A stretch of DNA of 64,000 nt from Caecitellus pseudoparvulus (taxonomy: Eukaryota > Protista > Bigyra: Bicosoecida), in assembly GCA_965644315.1 (NCBI GenBank), contig CBFFRQ010000065.1, positions 359,439-423,438 on the forward strand. The letters run 5' to 3'. Positions 44,259-54,498 of this stretch are shown in pieces (within the stretch, counting starts at the first letter, position 1; each line of letters starts with the position of its first letter). The notes beneath the pieces were generated by a model. The model was not told the DNA's origin. It ran no database searches and saw only the letters and a program-made list of their open reading frames with translations. The position numbers and the translations under genes are program-made.

Positions 44259-44806
44259 GTTCGCTGGCGCTGGCTGGCTTTGTCTGGAAGCCCGTTCTCG
44301 CTGCACCTCCCTTGCGCGGCACAGGCAGGCGCAGTGGGGGAATCGGAGGTGCACCTTGGCAGCAGTGCCGATGGAGGCGGTGGAGATCCCCCTGTGGTTC
44401 CAGCCCTCCCCGCCCCAGGCTCCTACTGAGGCTGGCGCAGGGCAGGGCTTGTCACGTCGCGGCGACGTCTGCTGATGGCACGGGCTCACGCACGGCAATC
44501 ACGCGGCTCCTGCCACTTCCCACGCACCCCGCAATGCGTGAGAGCTGTCTCATGTGATTTGTTTTGTGCTTTCTGCGCTCCAAACTTCCGCTCTTTCGCC
44601 TGGCTGGAGCCGGGCTCATTGGTGTGCTTGGGCAACGCAAGCTGGCCAGTGGTCCTGTGCACAGCTCGCTGGCACGGCGCTGGCCCTCCGCCACGGGAGG
44701 GTGCAGGATAACACCCCGCTTGCAGCGAACAGTCGAGGGAGTGCATCCTGGCCTGAGTGCGTCGACTGAAGAGCGCGGCGTCGTGTGACTCCTACGGTGT
44801 GCAGCA

Positions 44807-45384
44807 TGGCTGATGCGGCGCTGCGCCCAGGCGACGACGGGGTGACGTGTGACGAGCACGGCTACGCCTGGCAACACGTGGGAGGGCAGTGGTACTGGTG
44901 GGACGGGCAGCATTGGGCCCTGCACGGCGACGCAGGTGCTGAGGGGAGTGCTAGCGAGGAGTCGGTGCAGCCCGCCGATGCGGCTTCAATTTCCGCGACA
45001 AAGTCCCAGTCCACTACGCACAGTACAGAGCAGGGCTGTGAGGGTAACGGACAGAATCAGAGCGACCATAGCTTGCCAGAACGGTCATCGGGCGCACAGG
45101 CGGCGGGGACAGCTGGGCGCTCGACGGGGGCCCAGTCAGCCTTGCAACCGCTGGGTTTGTACAACGTCACCCGCATAAGCGAGCCCGTCGAGGGCGTGGC
45201 GGGCAGCAGCCACGAGCCGGCCGCATCGCCGCAGCGCAGGGCCGCAGCAGCGATGCAGCGTCGGCTGTTCGAGCGCCAGCGCGCTGCAGCAGCCGTGTCT
45301 GCCGCTTCGCTTGCCGTGCAAGTGGACGCGCTGGCTGGCAAGGGCAAGGCCAGCGAAGCACCCACTCTGGCACGGCGACGGTGA
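44807..45384 (+). CDS. Hypothetical protein with a Trp-rich N-terminal motif
   Basis: MADAALRPGDDGVTCDEHGYAWQHVGGQWYWWDGQHW. The 3' end may splice at the GTGAGT at 45381. Confidence 0.4.
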
Positions 45385-45694
45385 GTGAGGTGTGTGTGTG
45401 CCTGCATGGGGGCGGCGTTGTGGGCGTGGCTGGGGCGCGGCAGGGCCAGTCAGGTGCGCGGGGAGCCCCCGTGCGGCAGCCCTTGGGCACAGTTCGAATG
45501 CACCAGCAGAATGCTGTGATGGCAGTATCCACGCTACCGGATCAGTGCGCCTTTGGCGGACTCTTTGGCTTGCTGTCATCTCCTGTTGTAGGGCGTGGCC
45601 TGCAGGGGCATCAGAACCCCAGGCCAGGCTGTGCCGGGCCAAGCCAGCTCACGTTGCGAGGGCTTTGTTGTGCCGGTGAAAAGCCTGCGGCACA

Positions 45695-48023
45695 ATGCCC
45701 CGTGGGGGTGCTCGCAAACGCCCTCGTGTGTACCTTGGGGCGTGCTCAGCGTGCAAAGCCTCCAAGCGCAAGTGCGATGCACACCTTCGTGTGAGTGAGG
45801 TGTAGGCCGCTCAAAATCCGCTTCGCCAAGAAACGTCCCCCCTTCAACCTCTTGCGCCGGCAGAGCCCAGAACCCTGCACACGGTGTGCAAAGCGTGGGC
45901 TAGTGTGTGATGCTGTCCCTCCCGAGTGTCAAGCCAAGCGCCCCGCCGATGCCTCCCACCAGCGTGCACCGAGTCCGCTGCCGCTGACTGGAGGCACACC
46001 CTGCGACCCTGGCGCAATGCTGGCCGCTCTGGCAGAGGTGCTGGAGCAAGTGCAGGGCGTGGAAGGCAGCTGGGCATGCCCTTCCAGAGAGCCCATTGTC
46101 CCCGTGCCTGCACCGCCACAGCGTCAGTCCCTGCTGCCCCCGAACCAAGTTGCGCTGGGCCCATCGCCTCCCGTAGCATCTCCTGCAAGCTCGGGGTGCG
46201 GCGTGGCGAGCGTGGGAGACGGCGAGTCAGAGGGGGCCTGGAGCACGCACTACGCCCATGACTCCGACAGTGCCTGTGACTCCGACTCTTCCCTACGCCC
46301 CGTCAAGCGCGCGCCGTCTTCCCGTGAAACCGGCCTCATCCCAGTGGAGGCCCGTGCTGCTCTATCCAACGTCGGCTTCTTCGCGCGCACAGCCGCCAAG
46401 TACGGCATCGACCCCCGCCTCATGGCCCGCAGGCTCGTCACGCTCATGGCAGCGCCAGACATGCCTACCCTGTGGCGGGCGCTGGGTGGGCGAGTGGGGG
46501 GCCTGCCGCTGGGGCTGCTGGCACCCGTGGCGCCATCCCTGCGCAGTCGTCTGGCGGGGAGTCTGGGGGCGTTCCTGCCGCCCATGGAGGTGTCGCGTGT
46601 GCTGAGCACGGAGCTGGCGTTTGACGGTGTGCACTTGACGTTGATCGGGCTGGCGGGTGCGGTGGTGGCTGTTGCGAGCGGGAGCAGTGTGGTGCGTGTG
46701 CCGGCGTGCAGCAGTGTGTTGACGTGTCCGCGGTGGCAGCTGCACACGCCGAGCGTGGACATGCGTGCGAGCGGGAGTGCGTTGGGAGAGAGTGATGTGG
46801 AGGGTGTGTGGTCGAGCGAGGTGGATGTGGGTGTGTTGTACGGGCGTTGGCCGCATTTGTGCAGTATGTTGGGGGGTGTGGGGGAGGGAGTGGTGTCGTC
46901 AGCTCGTGCGATGTTGGAGGGTGAGGGTCGTGGTGAGGACGTGGAGCCGGGGCCTGGCCTGATGGACTTGTACATGTTTCATTTGGAACGGTTGCCTTTG
47001 CCCGTGACGGGATGGGTATTCGCCAAGCCCGGCGCCGGGCAAGGTCCAGCTGTGTACACGTACCCGAAGTTCTTTGCATTCAACAAGTCATTCTCTGAGC
47101 TCATGGGCGTATCAGCTGCAGATGTCGAGTCCGCCCAGCACGTTGAGCTGGATGAAGCCATGCGCATGTTTGGGGACTGGGTGCACCGTGACTTTCTCCC
47201 GCATCGAGCCATGGCATCCATCGCTGCGTGGAACTTTGGCCTATCGGCGTATCAACTGGAAGGCTTGTACAACAGACGCATCGTGCACAGTGCAGGTGGT
47301 CTGCAGGATGTGGGCGCTTTCAGCCAGGTGCCGTTCTTCGCAGTGGAGACGGCGCACTTCGAGCGGTACCCCTCCGGCGCCAAGCGTTCGGAGGTGCTGT
47401 ACTTGTCAAGCCCTGTGCCGGCCCGCCAGACGCAGCCTGGTGAGGACCCGACAGCCGCCCAGATCTCGGCTCTGGACAAGTTGCTGGAGAGCGACGTGCA
47501 GGAAGTCGAAGCGGCTGTGCGGCGCAGCGGGAAGAATATGCTGGAGACGCTGTCGCTGTCGCTGGATTCCGACACGCGGGACAAAGTGCTGCTGCGCCTG
47601 ATGATGGCCATGGCGCACGAGGACACAGAAACTGCTCAGGCCTCTGCTGCAGCGAGCGAAGGCGGATCAGGCAGTGTCAGCTCAGCCACGTCGCTGCCGG
47701 GAGTGGAGCGGTTGCAGCTGCAAAAAGTGCGCCGCCAAGCGCTGCGCAAGGTCGGCTTCGAGAACGTGCTGGAGATGTTCGAGTCCATGGACCGCCTGTG
47801 CAACATGAAGGGCGCCATCACAGGCTACGTCGCGGGCCGGAAGGTGACGCTGATGCTGCCTAGCAAGGGGGCCCCCCAGTTTTGTGCGCGGTTTCGGCCG
47901 CCGACCAAGGCTGAGTGTGAGGCTTGGCTGGAGCAGGAAGGCGCCCCTGTCGAGGTATTACCGGAGGGTGGTGACACAGGGTCGTCACCCTGTGATGGGC
48001 TTGGGCGTGGGGCCCAGGCATAG
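45695..48023 (+). CDS. Zn(II)2Cys6 binuclear-cluster transcription factor with a PAS-like domain (copy A)
   Basis: MPRGGARKRPRVYLGACSACKASKRKCDAHLR|SPEPCTRCAKRGLVC (intron 45791-45863) gives CX2CX6CX9CX2CX6C. PAS-like FNKSFSELMG...WVHRD segment at ~47070-47400. Confidence 0.85.
46365..46956 (+). repeat. 592-bp direct repeat, copy 1 (copy 2 at 48872-49463)
   Basis: Manual alignment shows about 12 substitutions and no indels. Confidence 0.95.
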
Positions 48024-48313
48024 GGTGGGAGAACTTTGCGCTGTACTGCATGGAATGCATGTTTTCACGTTTCGTGTTGGGGGTTGGCATTTGTGGTGGG
48101 CTGGCAAAAATGCACCCCACGCCTGCACTTGCTGCAAAAGGCAAGCAAATGCCGACGAAGTTTCGAATGCTGTTATGCCCTGAGCGACATCATCGCCTCT
48201 GCGCCGCCCACTGCCCGTGAAGAGACCGGAGTTGTGAGCGCCGCACGTTTCGCGTATTTCACGAGAGCCAGTGCCTCAGCCGTCGCACGGTCCTGGTGCC
48301 GAGAGCGAGCGTC

Positions 48314-50542
48314 ATGCCCCAGTCAGGTGGCGCCAAGCGAAGTCGGGTGTATACGGGGGCATGTTCAGAGTGCAAGCGCGCCAAGCGCAAGTGTGATGGG
48401 TATTTCAAGGTGCGAGGGGTTGTTGCGGGAATTGTGTCCCGACACGCCGACCTGCACTCCGCCGGCGCCACACGCTGCTGCATTTCGTGTTTCCACCTAC
48501 AGAGCCCAGAACCATGCACAAGGTGCGCCAAGCGAGGCCTGGAATGTGACACGGCAGGCGAAGCTGCGCTGGCTGAGCAGGCAGGCGCTGGCGCGGAGCC
48601 AGCCTCAAAGCTGGCCCGACGCGGAGCGGCTCCCGGCGCCAGTGAGATGCTGGCAGCCCTTGCAGAGGTACTGGCGGAGGTGCGAAGCGTGGAGGGCAGC
48701 TGGGCCAGCGAAGACAGCGCCCAGCCTCCCGCCAGCGACCTGTGGGACGTGGACAGCCTGGGCGGGGACAGCGCCGGTGCCAGCGATGCCACCAGCAGCC
48801 TCGTCAGCGTGGACAGCGGGGCGGAGCAGGGCGAGCCAGGGCAGTTGACAGTGCACTCCCGCACAACTCTCTCCAACGTCGGCTTCTTCGCGCGCACAGC
48901 CGCCAAGTACGGCATCGACCCCCGCCTCATGGCTCGCAGGCTCGTCACGCTCATGGCAGCACCCGACATGCCTACCCTGTGGCGGGCGCTGGGTGGGCGA
49001 GTGGGGGGCCTGCCGCTGGGGCTGCTGGCACCCGTGGCGCCATCCCTGCGCAGTCGTCTGGCGGGGAGTCTGGGGGCGTTCCTGCCGCCCGTGGAGGTGT
49101 CGCGTGTGCTGAGCACGGAGCTGGCGTTTGACGGTGTGCACTTGACGTTGATCGGGCTGGCGGGTGCGGTGGTGGCTGTTGCGAGCGGGAGCAGTGTGGT
49201 GCGTGTGCCAGCGTGCAGCAGTGTGTTGACGTGTCCGCGGTGGCAGCTGCACACGCCGAGCGTGGACATGCGTGCGAGTGGGAGTGCGTTGGGTGAGAGT
49301 GATGTGGAGGGTGTGTGGTCGAGCGAGGTGGATGTGGGTGTGTTGTACGGGCGTTGGCCGCACTTGTGCAGTATGTTGGGGAGCGTGGGGGAGGGAGTGG
49401 TGTCGTCAGCTCGTGCGATGTTGGAGGGTGAGGGTCGTGGCGAGGACGTGGAGCCAGGGCCTGAGCTGCTGTGGCTGTTTCACTCCCACATTGACCAGCT
49501 GTCAGTGCCGGCTGGAGGCTGGGTGGCGGCCCTGGACCAAGACACCGGTACGGGGTCGAAGACTTGCGTGCCACTGTCCTGTGCCTTTAACGTGGCCCTG
49601 TCGGAGCTGCTGGGGTTTACACGGCAGGAAGTCATCGCAGCCATTCACCGCGACCCTGACTCAGCCATGGAGCAGCTGGGGGATTGGATTCACCCAGACT
49701 GCATCGTGCGCCGAGCAGTGACGTCCATCAGCGCATGGAACCACTCCCTCCGCGCCTTTCAAATGGAGGGCTTGTTCAACCGTAAGGTGCGGGTGCCTGT
49801 CCCGGGCGCCGCCGGCGAGTACACTGTGGAGATGCTGCCATTCTACGCTGTCGAGACGATGCACTGCGAGCTGTACCCGTCTGGCGCCCGGCGCAGCGAG
49901 ATCATGTACATTTCCGAGGTGGTTCAGGCCCGCTCAGTGGCGCGCAATGCTTCCATCGGCTGTGCGACGTCTCAGGTGAACGTGCTAGACGCGCTGGTGC
50001 TGGGGAAAACGCCCGAGGTGCAAGCCGCTGTGCGCCTCAGCGGGCGCAGCCTGCTGGAAGCCTTGCTGGACGCCGCTGACAGCGACACGCGAGAGAAACT
50101 CATCATGCGCATCATGATGGCCATGTCTTTTGACTCGGACGCCATGCTGGCTGCGGCCATCGCCCCCGAGGCGGAGGCAGAGGTTGGCTGCCCGGCCGAG
50201 GCGGCGCACGAGCACCCCACGCCTCCCGACGCCCCAGCCGAGACAGCCAAAGGTTCTGAGCATGGTGGCTGCTCGGGGGTATACGGAGGCCTGTCGTTCG
50301 AGCGGCTGGCTCGGCTGCGTCGCGAGTTGCTGCGTGTCGCAGGGTACGACGCAATTGCCGCCGTGTTTGAAGAGACGCACAACCACATGACGCGGGAAGG
50401 CGCCATGGTGTTCGGCCTCGCAGGGCAGCGGGTGAAGATGTCCTTCCCCAACCCTGGCGCCGTGCAGTTCATGCAGCGCTTCAAGATGCCCAGTCGCGAG
50501 CAGTGCGACGCGTGGCTGGCTGAAGGTGCCAGCGCGCAGTAG
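48314..50542 (+). CDS. Zn(II)2Cys6 binuclear-cluster transcription factor with a PAS-like domain (copy B)
   Basis: ACSECKRAKRKCDGYFK|SPEPCTRCAKRGLEC (in-frame intron 48410-48502 at the same position as in copy A). PAS-like FNVALSELLGFTRQEV...WIHPD. Confidence 0.85.
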   Translation: MPQSGGAKRSRVYTGACSECKRAKRKCDGYFKVRGVVAGIVSRHADLHSAGATRCCISCFHLQSPEPCTRCAKRGLECDTAGEAALAEQAGAGAEPASKLARRGAAPGASEMLAALAEVLAEVRSVEGSWASEDSAQPPASDLWDVDSLGGDSAGASDATSSLVSVDSGAEQGEPGQLTVHSRTTLSNVGFFARTAAKYGIDPRLMARRLVTLMAAPDMPTLWRALGGRVGGLPLGLLAPVAPSLRSRLAGSLGAFLPPVEVSRVLSTELAFDGVHLTLIGLAGAVVAVASGSSVVRVPACSSVLTCPRWQLHTPSVDMRASGSALGESDVEGVWSSEVDVGVLYGRWPHLCSMLGSVGEGVVSSARAMLEGEGRGEDVEPGPELLWLFHSHIDQLSVPAGGWVAALDQDTGTGSKTCVPLSCAFNVALSELLGFTRQEVIAAIHRDPDSAMEQLGDWIHPDCIVRRAVTSISAWNHSLRAFQMEGLFNRKVRVPVPGAAGEYTVEMLPFYAVETMHCELYPSGARRSEIMYISEVVQARSVARNASIGCATSQVNVLDALVLGKTPEVQAAVRLSGRSLLEALLDAADSDTREKLIMRIMMAMSFDSDAMLAAAIAPEAEAEVGCPAEAAHEHPTPPDAPAETAKGSEHGGCSGVYGGLSFERLARLRRELLRVAGYDAIAAVFEETHNHMTREGAMVFGLAGQRVKMSFPNPGAVQFMQRFKMPSREQCDAWLAEGASAQ
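48872..49463 (+). repeat. 592-bp direct repeat, copy 2
   Basis: About 98% identical to 46365-46956. Confidence 0.95.
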
Positions 50543-50781
50543 ACTCACAGCCAAGCAGGGGGCAGGGGGGTCTCGGACTGCTCTTGCACAGAAGAACCCC
50601 GCGACTACAATGCACGATACACCTAACCTGCGGATGAAGCGTCCAGTGCTTTCTGTGAAGGTGCGTGTCAGGAGCCTGGCAGCACCATTTGCGAGGGTTC
50701 CGTCCAGTCACTGGGCACTGCGCCTACGCGCTACCAGCCCGTCTTGGAGCAGAGAAAGCGAGGAGCAGCAAGTGCCTGGCA

Positions 50782-52261
50782 ATGGCAGGGGTAACAACAA
50801 CTGCAGAGGAGACCCTGGCTGCGGTTGTGGAGGGTGATGGCACAGACCTGTGCGGAGTCGTGCTGATCGAGCGAGACACCCTTGGAGACGCAAGCGTGGT
50901 GTGGTCGTACCCTGACCCCGGTCAGGACGTCGAAGACTGCGCCCTGGATGGACTGCAGTTTGATGAGGCTGGTGTAAAGTCGTTTCTGCTGAGAGCGGGC
51001 GATAAATGGCTGTACTGGTGAGGGGCAGTGCACTTGCAGCCCAATTCCGCAAAGGCGCACCACGCCAAGCCCTGCTCGCCGTGCCCAGTGCAAGCACCTT
51101 GGAGGGCTTCCCCAACGACGCAAACTCTTCCATTTCCGGGGCCTGCATTGTTCTGGCGACCAAGGTGAGCCTCGCTGCGTCTGCCAGATGGCACGCCAAA
51201 GTTTACGCTGGTTGTTGTGGCTCACCTCGCAGGCGCTGCACAGCGCTCGCTACGGTGACCTGGCGCGCATCTTCCTGGCAGCCTTTGCTGCGTGCGGCGA
51301 GCCGACAAAGCTGCTGGAGCTGTTCCTCTCCGCGTTTTCCAGGGGGGCGCTGAAGGAGGCGGCACTGCCCGCCGGCGTGTCCCCAGCGCACCTGCCGCCT
51401 GCCGGCGGCGCCTGGCGCGCAGACGCCTTTGATCCACGCTCCTTCCTGCACGGCAGCCACCCACACGAGTTGACGCAGCCTTTTGGGCCGCGCCTGATTG
51501 CCATATGGTCCGCAGCCATCTCCGGCCGCCCCATCCTCGTGTCCGGGGGTGCCTCCGCCAGGGCAAGCCTGCTCGTCCCGCTGCTGGCTGGCTTCCCCAC
51601 CCTGTCCAAGCACGCGTACAGCCGTGTCTTCCCTGCCCTGTCGTCCTCTGCAGCCACGGCAGTGTCCAAGGGCGCCACGCCAACGACCGTGGCGGGGGCG
51701 GACCCCGCCACCCTGACCCGCGGCCAGAGGGAGCTGCTGGCCCCCAGCGCCGTGAAAACGGGCTTGGTGCTTGGGTGTGGGGGGGGCAGTGACGCTGCCG
51801 CCTGGTCTTCTCGGCGGGAGTGGTGGAAGTGTGCAGCCCACCTGGACACGGGCGTGGTGGTGCCGGCTGAGGGGGAGGTTGCTTGGGGTCTGGGCTCTGC
51901 CGCCGTGGGAGGGGGGGCCGGCGCCACAGCCGAGGGCGGCTCAGGTGACACCTTCCCCAGCCCTCTGCATGCAGCGGTGTGGCGGGCTGTCAGCGAGGGC
52001 CTGACGGGCCTGCCGCCAGACGACGGCCCCGCGACGCTGTGGGCCTTTGCCAAGATCTGGCAGGGCGTCAACTCCACGTACATCCTCAAGCCCCTGGCCA
52101 AGGTGGCAGAGGGAGGGGGCGGCGTGCTCTCGCGCGGCGCCCTGTCCAACCCCGACCTGGGCCTGCCCCCCTCCTCTGCGAACTTCCTGTGGGAGGCGGC
52201 AGTGGCCCTGGCGGCAGAGGGCACGGCGCCCTTTGCCGTGGAGGGCGTGAGCACTGCTTGA
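50782..52261 (+). CDS. DENND10: DENN domain protein 10 (FAM45A-like)
   Basis: LIERDTLGDASVVWSYP, CIVLATK|ALHSARY..LARIF...GEPTKLLE.FL, AFDPR and QPFG...IWSA...RPILV follow the FAM45 pattern; two introns. Confidence 0.8.
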
Positions 52262-52292
52262 CGCTGGGAAATGCATTGCGCGGCTCGGCGAG

Positions 52293-52963
52293 TCACGCCA
52301 GGGTGACGTCAGCGCCCCCCGTCGCCGCTGCGGCTGCTGCTGTGGCCCGAGTCAAGGCTGCCCCCTGAGGCTGCGCGCGTGCGTAGAACAGGGACTGGTC
52401 CTTGGCTGTGTCTGGTGGCGCCATGCCTGCCGCGGCGTCTGCTTCGGCCTGTGTGTATGGCTTCTCTGTGTCGATGTTGCGCTTCCTGAGGGGTGGTGGG
52501 GGGCGCGCAGCGTGGGCGAAGGTTGGGCCAGAATGGCAGATGGAGCGCCTTACCGTCTCCTGTGCGCCTTGGACCGTGTGTGCTGGCTCAGGGTGTCGTT
52601 GTTGGTGAAGTACCGGTCGCAGTATGTGCAGTAGTGCTGCCCAGCCCTGTGAGCGTGTGGGAACCAGGAAGGGTGCCGGGCGCCTCGCACACCGAGCGCT
52701 GGCTGCCCTCTCACCCTGGAAGATCGTAATCTATGGGGAGATCTAGGCTTCCCTGGGCGGCTTCTAACTGCACTTGCTCCTGCAGGCGTGGCAGGGGGGC
52801 AGCAATGCCCACTGGGCGAGGGCGTGGTGCGGAAATTGCCAACGCGCACATGAATCTGGTCGTGGTCCTTGGTGCGCTTCTTGAGCTCCAGGCCAATCTT
52901 CCACTTGTGCCGCTTCTTCTTCGAGTGGTGACCATGCTTGTGCTTGGTCTTGCCGGGGGCCAT
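52293..52963 (-). CDS. ZNF593: Zinc finger protein 593 / Bud20 (60S biogenesis)
   Basis: RTKDHDQIH|...DYDLPG|AGQHYCTYCDRYF...HTRSKAHRRR|...PYTQAEADAAAG; four exons. Confidence 0.92.
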
Positions 52964-53141
52964 GCTGCCTGAACTATCACAGCTCCGAGGAGAACCCTGT
53001 TCCCACAGACACTGCTGGCCTCTGCGGCACACACGCCTGAGCTTGAAAGGCGTCGGAAGGACTGCGCTGCACTGCGTGTGCAGGGGGCGGAGAAACATTC
53101 GCAGTGCGGAGTTGTGGATTTGGCACTGGGCTGGGAAGGCC

Positions 53142-54008
53142 TCAACTGCCCTGCTGCCCACGCTTCACCACCACCAGGCGCCGGCGAGGTTCGGCCGGCT
53201 GGCTCTGCCTGCGGGGGGCCCCGGCACGAGAGGGAGGCGGAGAACGCGACGCGCCACGCCAGGCAGAGGCATGTCCGTGTCCTCCTGCCTGGGGGGGGCC
53301 TGCATACTGTGCAGCGTCTGCTGCAGCTGCAGCCTGCCGCAGCGTGTGTTTGGCCGCAGGGGGCGGAGCGCCGTACCGCCCACCCTGCCTCGCATGCGGC
53401 CGCGAACGTCCAGAGTTTTGGCCTCTAGAGTGATCAGAAACGTCGCGGTGGCGTTCAGCCTGCGGCCGACCACCCCTGCGGTGTCCTCCTCTGGCTTGAG
53501 CACGTGGCTCGTGGCGCTGCTGGCGCCTTTCTGGGCTTGGCGCTGGCCGAGAAGGCCGCTGAACCGAAGCAATGGCTGCTGCTCGCAGGGCCGCAAGAGA
53601 AGCCATCACATCCTCCTCTGGGTCACCTCGCAGTGGCGCTGGCGCCTTGGTCGGTGCAGTGGACGTGCTGCCGTTGGCATGGTCCGAATCATTTTCCGCA
53701 CCGACTGGGCGTGGGTGGACCTGGGCTGTGTCTGCGGGACCCCCGGAGGCAGCGGGCGGAGCAGGGCAACTTAACGCATCCTTATGTGCGGTTCCGACGC
53801 CTTCAATCCGTTGCGCCTTCCCAGTGTCCCGGGAGCGCTCTAGATCTGCCTGAGGTGTGGCCTGGCTCTGAGCCTCGCCAGTCTCAACTGGCGCGCCCTC
53901 TGGGCCTCGCTCCTCTTCAGAGCCATCGCCCAGCAAGTCTGCGAGGCAATCATCATCTGACTCTGTCCCAGACATGGCTGATCGTGCTGGATCTCCGCCT
54001 GACGACAC
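53142..54008 (-). CDS. Hypothetical low-complexity protein
   Basis: 288-aa ATG-initiated ORF with an acidic N-terminus and Arg/Pro-rich C-terminus; no recognisable motif. Confidence 0.4.
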   Translation of the reverse strand: MSSGGDPARSAMSGTESDDDCLADLLGDGSEEERGPEGAPVETGEAQSQATPQADLERSRDTGKAQRIEGVGTAHKDALSCPAPPAASGGPADTAQVHPRPVGAENDSDHANGSTSTAPTKAPAPLRGDPEEDVMASLAALRAAAIASVQRPSRPAPSPERRQQRHEPRAQARGGHRRGGRPQAERHRDVSDHSRGQNSGRSRPHARQGGRYGAPPPAAKHTLRQAAAAADAAQYAGPPQAGGHGHASAWRGASRSPPPSRAGAPRRQSQPAEPRRRLVVVKRGQQGS

Positions 54009-54498
54009 GCCTGAGTGACTGGCAGGCAGCTGCGATGGCGAAGTGTGCGACAGGCAAACACGATACGCACGGCACGAGAATCGCGCCGAAGGGAGGCCCT
54101 TGGCGCGCCAAACACGCGAACAACGGCGGAGAAAGCGTTTACTCTCCTTGTTTTGCGGGTGGTGTCACTTTGAATAGCGCTTGACGCCTGGTGTGACACA
54201 TGCGCGGAGTGAAACGAGTGTGTTTTTGGGACCAGATGTGAACGAGTGTGCTTTGTACTGTGCAGTGGGTGCTGGTCAGGCTTGGTCACCACCAAAGAGG
54301 GCGTGGCTGCTGAGGAGTCAGCAGTCAGTGGTCACCCTTGGCACGCGCTCCACCTGCGAGGGGGGTGAAGCGCATTGCGAGCCTGCACACCGTGCATCAC
54401 CTGCACATTTCACACTCTCTTCACTCACCAAACTGCCCTCAAAGCTGAAACCACCACTGGACCATCGACACCACTTGGACACCATCCTGCTATCAGCA

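Noticed and set aside
46365-49463. Near-identical repeat pair as a diversity-generating retroelement (TR/VR)
   Set aside because: Differences are few, mostly synonymous and not adenine-specific, and there is no reverse transcriptase in the window.
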